Shown piece after piece: positions 38,566 to 48,848 of a DNA stretch of 64,000 nucleotides. The stretch comes from an uncultured Rikenellaceae bacterium (GTDB lineage Bacteria; Bacteroidota; Bacteroidia; Bacteroidales; VadinHA17): assembly GCA_964522415.1 (NCBI GenBank), contig CAZFVQ010000017.1, positions 4,723 through 68,722 on the forward strand. The letters run 5' to 3'. The notes under the pieces were generated by a model, which had not been told where the DNA came from, did not search any database, and saw nothing but the letters and a program-made list of their open reading frames with translations. The position numbers and the translations under genes are program-made. The stretch's first letter is position 1, and each line of letters begins with the position of its first letter.

Positions 38566-39651
38566 TTAATTCTTTACTTTTTTCACGAATAAGGAAACAA
38601 ATGTAAAAAATATCATCAGGATTAACATCAGGAGAGTAAGTATAACAGAACCAAGATCCTGGAAGAGCAAAACAAATATAATTAACAATATGTTTATTAA
38701 TAATAATATTATTGTTATTCCTAAATGTGAAAATCCACTGGTTAGCAGAAGATGATGTATGTGATTATGGTCTGCTTTAAATGGTGATTTTCCATTTATC
38801 AATCTGAGGAGAAATATGCGCAGGGTATCGAAAAGTGGAATAATCAGCAGACTAATTGCGATTGCCGGAGCTGAATTAAATTTGAATTTACCGGTGACCG
38901 TCAGATTGGATTCGAGGAATTTCACGGTAAGAACTGCAATGATTAATCCGATTATCATCGCTCCTGTGTCTCCCAGAAATATTTTATTCTTTTCACTGAA
39001 AACATTAAACCAGAAAAAGGCAATTAATGTACCTGCAAGTGAAAAGGATAAAATTCCGTAATTAATATTTCCGGTAAGAATAAACCAAATACCATAAAAA
39101 GCCGAAGTCAAAAATCCGATTCCCGATGCAAGTCCGTCAATACCGTCAATGAGGTTATAACCATTAATGATAAGCAGAAAAACAAAAAGGGTAAAAGGCA
39201 GACTTAGCAGGTATGGCACTTTCCCAATTCCAAAAACATTATGAAAATCAGATAAAAAAAATCCTCCAAGCCAGATTACTATCATTGATGCCAGTATTTG
39301 ACCAAGGAATTTTTTCCTGGGATCTATAACCAGAATATCATCCTTGATTCCAATAAAGAAAATTGTTATAAGGCCACCTAGTATATAGGCCAGTTCCGGT
39401 GCTGCATCGCGATGCGAAAACAGGATTATCGCAAGGGTAAAACCTGCAAAAACAGCTAATCCGCCAAGTGTGGGCGTGTTATTTGTGTGTGAAGTACGCT
39501 CATTTTCAATGGCATATAATTGTTTATAATAAGATATTCTTATTATGACCGGCACTGAAACGTATGTAATTATCAAAGCACATAAAAATCCGGCAATTAA
39601 TCTGATCCAATCCGGAATAAGTATTATATCGGCTAAATAGTTATTATTCAC
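38566..39651 (-). CDS. WecA/MraY-family (GT4 transferase family) undecaprenyl-phosphate HexNAc-1-phosphate transferase
   Basis: TPTLGG, IGIKDD, NGYNLIDGIDGL, IFLGDTG, ADHNHIHH; GTG start. Confidence 0.92.
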   Translation of the reverse strand: MNNNYLADIILIPDWIRLIAGFLCALIITYVSVPVIIRISYYKQLYAIENERTSHTNNTPTLGGLAVFAGFTLAIILFSHRDAAPELAYILGGLITIFFIGIKDDILVIDPRKKFLGQILASMIVIWLGGFFLSDFHNVFGIGKVPYLLSLPFTLFVFLLIINGYNLIDGIDGLASGIGFLTSAFYGIWFILTGNINYGILSFSLAGTLIAFFWFNVFSEKNKIFLGDTGAMIIGLIIAVLTVKFLESNLTVTGKFKFNSAPAIAISLLIIPLFDTLRIFLLRLINGKSPFKADHNHIHHLLLTSGFSHLGITIILLLINILLIIFVLLFQDLGSVILTLLMLILMIFFTFVSLFVKKVKN

Positions 39652-39766
39652 AATACAAAGATTAAAAGGTATGATTTCTTAAATAACGGGAAAATAATCC
39701 TGACATTACCTGTGAGGTTTTAAAAAATGTGTAAAGATCCATACCTTACCGGAGATATCATTTCCC

Positions 39767-40852
39767 CTATCTGATTTCATTAAGTAAATTTAAATATTTC
39801 TCCAGTATTTTGTTCCAGCTGTATTTATTTCCTGCAAGTTCAAGTGCACTATCCCTATACCGGTCTCTGTCTGTTTTTCCGAGAAATTCAATTTTTTCAA
39901 TACATTCAGAAAGCTGTTCTGCATCCCTGAAATAAAACTGCTTACCTGCGGTAACTTCCCGGTTGAATCTGTTATCATGTGCCAGGATAACATTGCCACT
40001 CCCCATAGCTTCAAGCAGGGAAGGATTTGTACCTCCAACCGAGTGCCCGTGTATATAAGCTTTACATGAAAATCTCAGCGGATTAATAATTTTTTTATCA
40101 TAAATTCCTCCTGGAAATCTGATCCGGCCCGAATAATCTTTCCCAACAATTGATTTTACATATTGATTTTCAATAAAATTACCAACAACTACAAGAGGAG
40201 ACAATGTTCTTGATCTGAGGTATCCGTCAATTATTACATGAAGATTGTTTTCAGGTTCAATCCGGCTGACAATCAGATAATAATTATTATGCAAGAGATT
40301 AAATTCTTCAAGAATTAAACTATTATAGTCAGTGTTGATTTCAGTGCCATATTCAATAAGCCTCACTTTCCTTTTCAAAAAAGGATATGACTTACACAGA
40401 ATTTTTTTTATTTCTTCAGAATCTGCAATAATATAATCCGAACATCTTACAGCAAGTATTTCCGACAGCTTCAGATATATTTTTTTTAGCAGGGACCATT
40501 TGCCTCTCCTGTATTCAAGACCATCAGGATTTGTTAGAATAACAGTATTTTTAAAAGCCTTAAGAAAATAGAAAATTGATCCTCCACTACTTGCCACAAG
40601 AATGATATCTGAGTTTTCAATACCCCATTTTATCCCTTCATAATAATATCTCAGGGGATTTTCAGATTTTGTTACACTGGAAAAAAACAGATCAACACCA
40701 TTGTAATTATTCCTGTCATAAGATCCGGCATCACATTCTACTGAGACATGAAAACCCTTAGCGGCAAGGCGCCAGGATATCTCTTCGGCAAATGTTTCAA
40801 ATCCCCCGTATTTTGCCGGGATGCCCCGTGTTCCGACAATTGCTATTCTCAT
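39767..40852 (-). CDS. DUF1972-containing GT-B glycosyltransferase (rhamnosyltransferase-like)
   Basis: GTRGIPAKYGGFETF, NPDGLEY.RGKW, SRIEPENN, HGHSVGGTNPSLLEAM. Confidence 0.88.
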   Translation of the reverse strand: MRIAIVGTRGIPAKYGGFETFAEEISWRLAAKGFHVSVECDAGSYDRNNYNGVDLFFSSVTKSENPLRYYYEGIKWGIENSDIILVASSGGSIFYFLKAFKNTVILTNPDGLEYRRGKWSLLKKIYLKLSEILAVRCSDYIIADSEEIKKILCKSYPFLKRKVRLIEYGTEINTDYNSLILEEFNLLHNNYYLIVSRIEPENNLHVIIDGYLRSRTLSPLVVVGNFIENQYVKSIVGKDYSGRIRFPGGIYDKKIINPLRFSCKAYIHGHSVGGTNPSLLEAMGSGNVILAHDNRFNREVTAGKQFYFRDAEQLSECIEKIEFLGKTDRDRYRDSALELAGNKYSWNKILEKYLNLLNEIR

Positions 40853-41955
40853 ATTTCATCTGTTATGACATTATAAACCGAGCGTATCATTTTCTGATAT
40901 GAATATTTTTCAGCTGTCTTACGGGCATTTAAAGACATTTGATAATACTTTTTCTCATCCATAAATACCTTGTGTATTTTATCGATAAGCTGCTTCCGGT
41001 CAAGTGGATCTGCCTGATACCCGTTTATCCCGTCCTCCACCATTTCTTTTACCCCCCCTGCAAAAGGTACAATTACCGGTATTCCATAAGCCAGAGCTTC
41101 AAGAATAGTCATACCAAATGTTTCTTTAAAAAGTTCGGGAATAGACAGATTAACAACCAGATTGGCTAAAATATAGAATTTATGCAAATCAGCAGCCCCA
41201 GGGTAAAGTCCCAGATTGGACGGGATAATTTTTCCATCGAAATAAGCCTTTATTTCTGATTCTTCAGCATTTAAAACAAGAATAAACCGGAAATCCTGTA
41301 AATCAATTGCCAGCTGGTAAAAAATATCAATACCCTTATATTTCTTCAGCGAGCAGATCATAAGGATGGTAAATGGTTTCCTGAATAGAGGAGTATGACT
41401 TCCGGCCAAAGCAGAAAATTCAGGGTCCAGTGAATTATAAACAAGCTCCTTCCTGTCTCTTTCAATATTGTAGCTGTTAAACAGATACTCAGAAACAAAA
41501 ATAGCTTTGTCGGCATATCTGATTAAAATCAATTGCGCAATTCTGTGGATTAAATTCTTTCTTACAGGGTTTTCATGAACATGGTAAATTATTTTCCTTT
41601 TGACCAGTTTTGCTCCTAAAGTGGCTCCGAATGGCATGATGGTATTTATGTAAAATATGACATTCTTTTCTTTTACATATCCCAGTGATACAAAAAAATA
41701 CCTTATCTGCAACAACAGAAAACCCATGAAAGTTAATAAACGGTTTTGCGAGAATTTGTAAAATACTTTATGGTATGTTACCCCCCGGAGTCCCGAAAGA
41801 CAACCTCCTTCAAGCTGTGATGTATAAAGATCAATTTTCAAACCATTGTTTATCAAACCCTTTATCACTGAAGCCAAAACTCTGGGACTACCACTATAGT
41901 CATTTAAGGTATGGAAAATAATAACCCGGTCGGGTGTCTTTATATCTGAGGACAT
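40849..41955 (-). CDS. GT4-family glycosyltransferase
   Basis: DYSGSPRVL, KKYKGID, ETFGMTILEALAYGIPVI (EX7E motif). Confidence 0.9.
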   Translation of the reverse strand: MSSDIKTPDRVIIFHTLNDYSGSPRVLASVIKGLINNGLKIDLYTSQLEGGCLSGLRGVTYHKVFYKFSQNRLLTFMGFLLLQIRYFFVSLGYVKEKNVIFYINTIMPFGATLGAKLVKRKIIYHVHENPVRKNLIHRIAQLILIRYADKAIFVSEYLFNSYNIERDRKELVYNSLDPEFSALAGSHTPLFRKPFTILMICSLKKYKGIDIFYQLAIDLQDFRFILVLNAEESEIKAYFDGKIIPSNLGLYPGAADLHKFYILANLVVNLSIPELFKETFGMTILEALAYGIPVIVPFAGGVKEMVEDGINGYQADPLDRKQLIDKIHKVFMDEKKYYQMSLNARKTAEKYSYQKMIRSVYNVITDEI

Positions 41956-41960
41956 CTGCT

Positions 41961-42770
41961 TTAGTTTTTTCTAAGCGCTGATAATATATAATAGGCAAAG
42001 ATATAAGCAACCAGCCATAAATAATGTTTGGGTTTCTTACCCAGATGATGATTTTTAATTTTAAGTTCCTCCAGTGAGGCAGTCACTACATTTTTACTTA
42101 TTCCCCCGGTAAGTGTATTAACAAGTGTGGTTTCTACAACAACAAACTGAAATCCGTTTAATCCGGCTCTTAACATAAAATCATAATCCATTGCTATTCT
42201 GTAATCCAAAGAAAATACCCCTGTTTGTTCAAATACATTTCTTGACACAAAAGTTGCTGCATGTGCAATCCGCATTGTCTGAAAAATCCTGTCAGGACGG
42301 CTTTTATGGAATTTAACATAACGGCAGCCATCCCGGCTCCACAGATTAGCATGACCTGTAATAATCTCTGTTCCTGGCTTCAGGGATTGCACTATCTGTG
42401 TAAAAGCGTCACTTTCATACCAGTCATCAGAACCCAGAAATGAAATAAAATCACCCGTTGAATATTTTATTCCTTTATTAAAAGCATCTGCAATACCTCT
42501 GTCAGGTTCGCTTATCCAATAATCTATAAATTTTTCATATTCTTTAATAATACCGAGAGTCTTATCAGTACTGCCTCCATCAATGATAATTAATTCGATA
42601 TTCTTCCAGGTTTGCCCGATAACACTTTTGATTGCCTTTTCAAGTGTTTTCTCTCCATTAAAAACTGCTGTTACCACGGTAAAAAGAGGACCCTCCCTTT
42701 TTATTTGCAAATTGCCGGGTTGTTTATCAACGGGTTGTTTATCAATCAGTCTCAAACCTCCTTGTTCCAT
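41961..42770 (-). CDS. GT2-family glycosyltransferase (WcaE-like)
   Basis: VVTAVFNG, IIDGGSTD, SEPDRGIADAFNKG, LGSDD, AMDYDF. Confidence 0.92.
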   Translation of the reverse strand: MEQGGLRLIDKQPVDKQPGNLQIKREGPLFTVVTAVFNGEKTLEKAIKSVIGQTWKNIELIIIDGGSTDKTLGIIKEYEKFIDYWISEPDRGIADAFNKGIKYSTGDFISFLGSDDWYESDAFTQIVQSLKPGTEIITGHANLWSRDGCRYVKFHKSRPDRIFQTMRIAHAATFVSRNVFEQTGVFSLDYRIAMDYDFMLRAGLNGFQFVVVETTLVNTLTGGISKNVVTASLEELKIKNHHLGKKPKHYLWLVAYIFAYYILSALRKN

Positions 42771-43720
42771 ATTTTTCTTTTCTTAATAACCTGTTCAATA
42801 TATCTCCATCTGTCTGCCCAGTCGTGATTACGGACGCATTCATCATAATTTTTTTCAATCAGAGGAATATAATTCTGAAAATTCTTTAATATCTCTTTAA
42901 TCTGTTCGGCCGGATCATTCATGTTAACTTCAATTCCAGGATCATAACCAAACAGTTCTTTCATCTCGTCGGGGATTATTCCAAGGATAAGACATTTGGA
43001 CGCAATTGACTGAAGATATCTGTTGGTCATTGTGGTCAAACCTCCGCTCCTTTCACTATGAGTAACTGATCCGGGGAAACATACAGAAATCCTGCTTCGT
43101 CCCAATCCGCTGATAAAATCAGATCTTTTCCTGTAAATAACTTCTCCCGGAACCCTTTCATACACATAGCTGACACCAGATTCTTTTAGTTTTTCCACAA
43201 CCTTTTCATGCCAAAGATCATACTTTCTCCCGATCTGTATTACATCTATATTTTTCTGAGAATAATCAAAAGCCCTGTAAACACAATTTCTGACCCCCTC
43301 AGGGCACCATAACACATAAACATCTTTAAGGGTTTTCTGCAGATAACCGGCGGACTCCCTGGACGATATCAACAGCAGTTTTATGTTACAGGCTTTTACC
43401 ATTTTCCCAATTAATCCATAAGATGCGGGCCAGGCATCAAAAAGATAAAGGATATTATCAGATGAAAAAAAAAGATGAGGAACACTTCTTCCAATACCGG
43501 TTACTCCCATTGAAATGCAAAATGCCGGAGGTTTATTTTTTGGGAAAAATTTATTGATATATTCTGAAACTGAGGGGCGTATAATTTTTTTTAAATACCT
43601 GGATTCATTGCAGATTATAAAAGGAAATAATTCCATGACTGTTGTTTCAAAATCATCAACATCAGCCATGGAGACATGCTGTCTCTCCGGATTTTTAGTT
43701 CTAATAAGACGTAATTTCAT
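42752..43720 (-). CDS. Putative GT-B glycosyltransferase (CgeB/Glyco_trans_1_2-like C-terminus)
   Basis: GR.Y, SRISVCF, TNRYLQSIASKCLILG, HDWADRW resemble the C-terminal half of GT-B enzymes; embedded in the cluster. Confidence 0.55.
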   Translation of the reverse strand: MKLRLIRTKNPERQHVSMADVDDFETTVMELFPFIICNESRYLKKIIRPSVSEYINKFFPKNKPPAFCISMGVTGIGRSVPHLFFSSDNILYLFDAWPASYGLIGKMVKACNIKLLLISSRESAGYLQKTLKDVYVLWCPEGVRNCVYRAFDYSQKNIDVIQIGRKYDLWHEKVVEKLKESGVSYVYERVPGEVIYRKRSDFISGLGRSRISVCFPGSVTHSERSGGLTTMTNRYLQSIASKCLILGIIPDEMKELFGYDPGIEVNMNDPAEQIKEILKNFQNYIPLIEKNYDECVRNHDWADRWRYIEQVIKKRKIWNKEV

Positions 43721-44987
43721 GTTCAGTTCCATTTTGTTTAAGGCAGGACATCAGAAATCCGGCGGAAATCAGGAGGATTGCCATTTCATGACTGAACAAA
43801 CCACAGACAACATAGTTGGCAATGAACAGGGTAAAGGTGCAACCCAGTAAAACCAGACGAATATACTGTCTCTGAAGTGTATCTTTCTTATATCCTTTAA
43901 TACTCTCCCTGCCCAGGTAATAAAAGAAAAGGAGAATAAATACAATCCCGAGAATTCCCTCTTTCACCAGTATGAAAAAGAATCCATTATGAACCCATGG
44001 TACTGCGGTCCAGTATTTTCCATCCAGGAGAATCTGCGTATCAAGAGTGACAAGTTTCCCGTATCCTCCACCCAGGATTTTATGCAACAGATTACTTTCA
44101 GAAAATGTAATCCAGCTCCTGTAGGCTTCATATCCCCTGTAATAAGTAACAACATCCTCATAATCAGTAAGATTTCTAACCCTGACTTCCCTGAATGAAT
44201 TAATGAGTTTATAGAGAATGCTATTGTTAAATGTCAATCCTTCCTTTGAACCAATTATTGATACAGAAATCAGCAATACTGCTATCAGAGTAAATCCTGC
44301 AAACATCAATTTGTCTTTACGTACGGTTTTTAAACTGAAAAGGCCTACGAATATAAAAAGAAGAATCCAGTATGTTCTTGATGCAAAGAGATATATTGCT
44401 ATCAGATTTATAATTACGACCAGATATTTTCCGGTCTTTTTTTTAAATATTTTAAATCCGAAATATTCTGAATATCCGGCTGTAACCAAACTCAAAATAC
44501 ATACAGGAGATCCGCTTGCAACAACAAATCTTGCTTCTGTATAGGGTGAAAGAAAAGCAACAAACCCTGCATTAATGACAGTCAATACAATAAACAGGAT
44601 AGCAGTTATAACTCCTATAAGCACAATGGAAATAAAAAATTGACGGAGTGTAAATATCTTTGACATCTGATAACCTGTAATGATCATTATCAGAGGAATG
44701 GAAAGATAAAAAAAACCCTGAGTAAAATGATAGAGGTCACTTTTACCGGACATCAGCAGGGCCCACAGCAGGGGTGTTGCAATAAGAACGGGAACAATGA
44801 CAGGTTTTAGTGTAAACTTCATCCTGGCTCCGGCAATTGTTACAAGAAAAATTAAATACAAGATCCAGATAATCTTGTGCGAAACAAAAAAATACAGGGT
44901 TAAGAATAAGAAAAGCAAAGACATCAGTAATAATCTTGCAAATGCAGATCTTCCCGGAATTCTTATAACAGACTTTATTTTAAACAT
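43701..44987 (-). CDS. Wzy-like O-antigen polymerase (second Wzy_C-type protein)
   Basis: About 11 TM segments; ASRT, R..EA, GGGYG and HNGFFFIL motifs. Confidence 0.7.
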   Translation of the reverse strand: MFKIKSVIRIPGRSAFARLLLMSLLFLFLTLYFFVSHKIIWILYLIFLVTIAGARMKFTLKPVIVPVLIATPLLWALLMSGKSDLYHFTQGFFYLSIPLIMIITGYQMSKIFTLRQFFISIVLIGVITAILFIVLTVINAGFVAFLSPYTEARFVVASGSPVCILSLVTAGYSEYFGFKIFKKKTGKYLVVIINLIAIYLFASRTYWILLFIFVGLFSLKTVRKDKLMFAGFTLIAVLLISVSIIGSKEGLTFNNSILYKLINSFREVRVRNLTDYEDVVTYYRGYEAYRSWITFSESNLLHKILGGGYGKLVTLDTQILLDGKYWTAVPWVHNGFFFILVKEGILGIVFILLFFYYLGRESIKGYKKDTLQRQYIRLVLLGCTFTLFIANYVVCGLFSHEMAILLISAGFLMSCLKQNGTEHEITSY

Positions 44988-45046
44988 TAAAAACCTGATC
45001 GAAACACCAAAATCCTGACTGATTATTTATTATCCAAATAAATATA

Positions 45047-46549
45047 CTATTGATTCCTGAAATACTGAAAAATATTCAGTAATTTGAAATTATCGTTCTT
45101 ATACGACAATAATATAAAATAAAGGGCATAAATGGTCAGCATGACCAACAGGGATATTAAATTATAATCATAAAACCTGCTGATTTTCAATAATACAAAT
45201 CCCGCAAAAAGCGCAAAGAACAGGCTGCCTGCAATGATGGTGCAATCAGACCTTTTAAGGATTTCCTTTAAGGTTATACCGGTTGTCCTGTGATAATTAT
45301 TAATAAACAACACTGATCCGGATGCGGTAGCCATCGCATATGCAATCACAACACCGTAAACAGGTATAAAATATCCCGCGATTATCCCGATTATGGTGTT
45401 AAACAGCAGAATAAACAGTGTCATGAACAGAATACCGTTCAGACGACCTTCTCCCAGCGAATTGAAATATGCCTGTACATTTAGCACATTGATGAGCATA
45501 CCTGCTGCAAGAATATAAATACAATTCATGAATACAGGTTCCACATTGCCAATCCAGATCCTTGACAGGTAGGGTGTAAATAAAATAATTCCTGCAAAAA
45601 GCGGGAATGCAATGAATAATACAAATGAAAAGCCTTTTTCATAAATATATTTAATTGTGATTTTGTGAGTTTGCTGAAAATGTGATACTATAGGCATTGT
45701 AATCTGATCCATACCTGCAATTACCTGCCTCAGCTGACCAATTACACGACTTGCCATTTCATAAAAGCCCAGGGTATTTATTCCATGAAATCTGCTTATA
45801 AGTATCTTTGTAAGCGGATCTGTCAGTATCTGGCCTATTGATATTACCTGCATTTTATAACCATAATTCAACAATTCCTTAAAGGCCTGTCTGTCCCATT
45901 TCATTTCTTTTATTGAAAATCCTTTCTGAATTTTTGTTATAAAATAATAGGAAACAATCAATACAATAAAGGCCTGAATTGCCTGGGCAATTGCAAGTCC
46001 GGTCAGACCCAAACGTGGAATAAGGATAATTGCCATGACCAGGTATAATACGGCTGTTGTTCCATAGGTGATATTCCTGATATAGTTTTTCTGAAAACCT
46101 TCCAGTGCCGAGGTAAGTATATTTCCTGCAGAAAAAAAGAAAAGTCCTGAAAGAGAAATTGGCAATACTGTCATGGCAAGATCAAAATATTTTATTTCTA
46201 TCAGCCTGGTTATGAAAAAGAAAGCCAATATATAGACCAGTATTCCCATAATAATGAATAAAACAGAAATTGATATAACTGAGGTGTAGAGTAATTTGCT
46301 GATTTTTCCGGATTCTTCCCTGGCATCGTATTCTGCGACATATTTAACAACTGCCGTGGAAAACCCAAGATTTGAAAGATTGGCAACTGAAGCGGCTGCT
46401 ACAGTAAGAGACCAGATTCCAAGCAGTTCAACTCCCAACTGAAAAAACAGAATCCTGTAAATAAAAAAATAGACCAATCCGGTAATAACAACCTGTACAA
46501 CTGAAGTACCTACATTAAGAGCTATTCTGTTTCTTGAATTTACAGGCAT
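45047..46549 (-). CDS. Wzx flippase (MOP superfamily)
   Basis: 500 aa with 12-14 TM segments; LGIWSL, LGFSTAVVKYVAEY, LGFYEMASR. Confidence 0.88.
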   Translation of the reverse strand: MPVNSRNRIALNVGTSVVQVVITGLVYFFIYRILFFQLGVELLGIWSLTVAAASVANLSNLGFSTAVVKYVAEYDAREESGKISKLLYTSVISISVLFIIMGILVYILAFFFITRLIEIKYFDLAMTVLPISLSGLFFFSAGNILTSALEGFQKNYIRNITYGTTAVLYLVMAIILIPRLGLTGLAIAQAIQAFIVLIVSYYFITKIQKGFSIKEMKWDRQAFKELLNYGYKMQVISIGQILTDPLTKILISRFHGINTLGFYEMASRVIGQLRQVIAGMDQITMPIVSHFQQTHKITIKYIYEKGFSFVLFIAFPLFAGIILFTPYLSRIWIGNVEPVFMNCIYILAAGMLINVLNVQAYFNSLGEGRLNGILFMTLFILLFNTIIGIIAGYFIPVYGVVIAYAMATASGSVLFINNYHRTTGITLKEILKRSDCTIIAGSLFFALFAGFVLLKISRFYDYNLISLLVMLTIYALYFILLSYKNDNFKLLNIFQYFRNQ

Positions 46550-46593
46550 CGGGGTAAAAAAACTGATTATTCAGATTCACGTAACCTTTTTAT

Positions 46594-47577
46594 CTACAGA
46601 TTCTCCCAATACCACTTCAGGGCTTCTTCCAGGCCTTTTCTCATATTATGCGTCGGAGAGTATCCCAGGAGACTTTTCGCCTTTTCAACCGATGCAAGTG
46701 AATGAGGTATATCCCCTGCCCTTTCCGGTCCATAAACAGGTTTGATTTCAAGTATCCGGTTGTCATATTTTCCTGCAATATCACGTATCAGTTCAAAAAG
46801 AGTATTCAGATCAGTCCTTTCCCCATGGGCAACATTATAAACCTGGTTTATTGCATCCGGCCTGTCTGCAAGTGCAGCCAGATGATTAGCCTGAATTACG
46901 TTGTCGATATAGGTGAAATCCCGTGAATAACTGCCGTCACCGTTTATCACAGGGGAATCGTGTTTCATCAGCTTCTTTACAAAAAGCGGTATGACTGCAG
47001 CATAAGCTCCGTGCGGATCCTGGCGCCTGCCAAAAACATTGAAATAGCGTAGTCCGATGACCTCAATATTATATATTGAAGCAAAATTAGCTGCAAAAAG
47101 TTCATCAACATATTTTGTAATCCCGTAGGGAGATAAAGGCTTCCCTATCCTGTCCTCCATCTTGGGCAATCCGGGATGATCCCCGTAGGTCGAGGAGCTT
47201 GCAGCATATATAAATCTTTTTATACCTGCCTCCCTGGATGCAAAAAGCATCTTTACAAATCCCCCGATATTAACATCCGTTGATGTAACGGGATCCTTTA
47301 TTGATCTGGGAACCGATCCCAGGGCAGCCTGATGGAACACAATATCAGCATCTGAAACGGCTTCCAGGCAGTCATTGTAATTCCTTATATCTCCTTCCAG
47401 CAGTCTGAATCCGGGATGGTTCATACAATCTTTCAGGTTTTCACGCTTCCCGGTTGAGAAATTATCGAGACAGGTTACCTGGTTGTCACAGGATAAAAAT
47501 GACTCGATAAGATTTGAACCAATAAAACCGGCTCCGCCGGTCACAAGTATTCTTTTGTTTCTAATCACTCGTTCCAT
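46594..47577 (-). CDS. SDR-family UDP-GlcNAc(A) 4-epimerase (WbpP/TviC-like)
   Basis: GGAGFIGSNL, HQAALGSVPRSI, AASSSTYGD, SPYGITK (YxxxK), LRYFNVFG, RDFTY, GDIPHS. Confidence 0.92.
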   Translation of the reverse strand: MERVIRNKRILVTGGAGFIGSNLIESFLSCDNQVTCLDNFSTGKRENLKDCMNHPGFRLLEGDIRNYNDCLEAVSDADIVFHQAALGSVPRSIKDPVTSTDVNIGGFVKMLFASREAGIKRFIYAASSSTYGDHPGLPKMEDRIGKPLSPYGITKYVDELFAANFASIYNIEVIGLRYFNVFGRRQDPHGAYAAVIPLFVKKLMKHDSPVINGDGSYSRDFTYIDNVIQANHLAALADRPDAINQVYNVAHGERTDLNTLFELIRDIAGKYDNRILEIKPVYGPERAGDIPHSLASVEKAKSLLGYSPTHNMRKGLEEALKWYWENL

Positions 47578-47613
47578 ATGCAGCATTGACAAAAAGTGGT
47601 TTTCCGGAATTTC

Positions 47614-48777
47614 TCAGGGTTTCGCAAACATCATAATTATTTCATTCAGTATGAATTCTGCCGTCTTTCCGTTTCCATAAAACGCAGGATATTCAAGTTC
47701 TGTATCATCATCGATAAATTTCATGAATCCATTTCTTATTCTTTCCGGATCTGCATCTACAAGCTCGGCTGTTCCGTTTTTTACCAGTTCAACCCATTCG
47801 GTTTCCGCCCTGAGAACAAGACAGGGCTTTCTGAAGAAATGTGATTCTTTCTGCACACCCCCTGAATCAGTTATTATCATCCTGGAAGTTTTTTCCAGAA
47901 GTATCATTTCGAGATAGGATACAGGTGGGATCAGACGTATATATTTACTGTTCCTGAGATCATTGTAGAGTGATTCGAGCCTGGTTCTGAGAGAGAGGGT
48001 TGTACGGGGATGAAGAGGCATCACAAAAGGAACGGAATGTTCCCTGGCAAGCGTAATCAGGGTCAGCATCAGGGTTTCAAGGCGGGAAATATCATCTGTA
48101 TTTATTTCCCGATGAATAGTGGCGAGTACAAATTCTTCCCTCTTCACTGATATGCTCCTGTGAAATCCGGATTTCTTCTTTTCAGCCAGTCCGGCATAAA
48201 AAAGAGCATTGTCGTACATAATATCGCCCGTCAGGTATATCTTGGGATTGTCGATAGTGTATGGGGGACTGTTTTCCGGCCTGAATCCCTCACGCATCAG
48301 GTTTTTAAATGCGGAGTTTGTAGGTGCAAAAAGAAGGGTTGATGCATGGTCACTGATTATCCGGTTAAGCTCTTCCGGCATGGTTTTATTGAAGGATCTC
48401 AATCCGGCTTCAATATGAATTACGGGAAAATGTAGCTTTGCAGCTGCTAATGCCCCGGCCAGTGTTGAATTTGTATCTCCGTACAAAACCACGCAATCCG
48501 GCTTTTCATTGAGGAGAACCTCTTCTATGCCACTGATCATCATTGATGTTTGCTTTCCATGGCGCGAAGAGCCTACGGCAAGATTGTAATGCGGTTTGCT
48601 TATGTCAAGTTCATCAAAAAAAACACCAGACATCTCCTTGTCATAATGTTGTCCTGTATGAACTATTATTTCGCTTATTCTTTCAGGGAAATTGAGTTTT
48701 ATTGCCCTGCTTATTGCCGAAGCTTTGATGAACTGAGGCCTGGCCCCGACAATATTCATAAGTTTTATATGTGACAT
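47614..48777 (-). CDS. wecB: Non-hydrolysing UDP-N-acetylglucosamine 2-epimerase (WecB/WbpI family)
   Basis: GARPQFIK, HTGQH, GDTNST, HIEAGLRS, MPEE.NR, TDSGG.QKE. Confidence 0.92.
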   Translation of the reverse strand: MSHIKLMNIVGARPQFIKASAISRAIKLNFPERISEIIVHTGQHYDKEMSGVFFDELDISKPHYNLAVGSSRHGKQTSMMISGIEEVLLNEKPDCVVLYGDTNSTLAGALAAAKLHFPVIHIEAGLRSFNKTMPEELNRIISDHASTLLFAPTNSAFKNLMREGFRPENSPPYTIDNPKIYLTGDIMYDNALFYAGLAEKKKSGFHRSISVKREEFVLATIHREINTDDISRLETLMLTLITLAREHSVPFVMPLHPRTTLSLRTRLESLYNDLRNSKYIRLIPPVSYLEMILLEKTSRMIITDSGGVQKESHFFRKPCLVLRAETEWVELVKNGTAELVDADPERIRNGFMKFIDDDTELEYPAFYGNGKTAEFILNEIIMMFAKP

Positions 48778-48848
48778 TGCCTTCCGTAAATATGGAAAAC
48801 AAATTTAGCATAATAAATCTTATCCGTCAATAGTTTTTTGACCGACTG

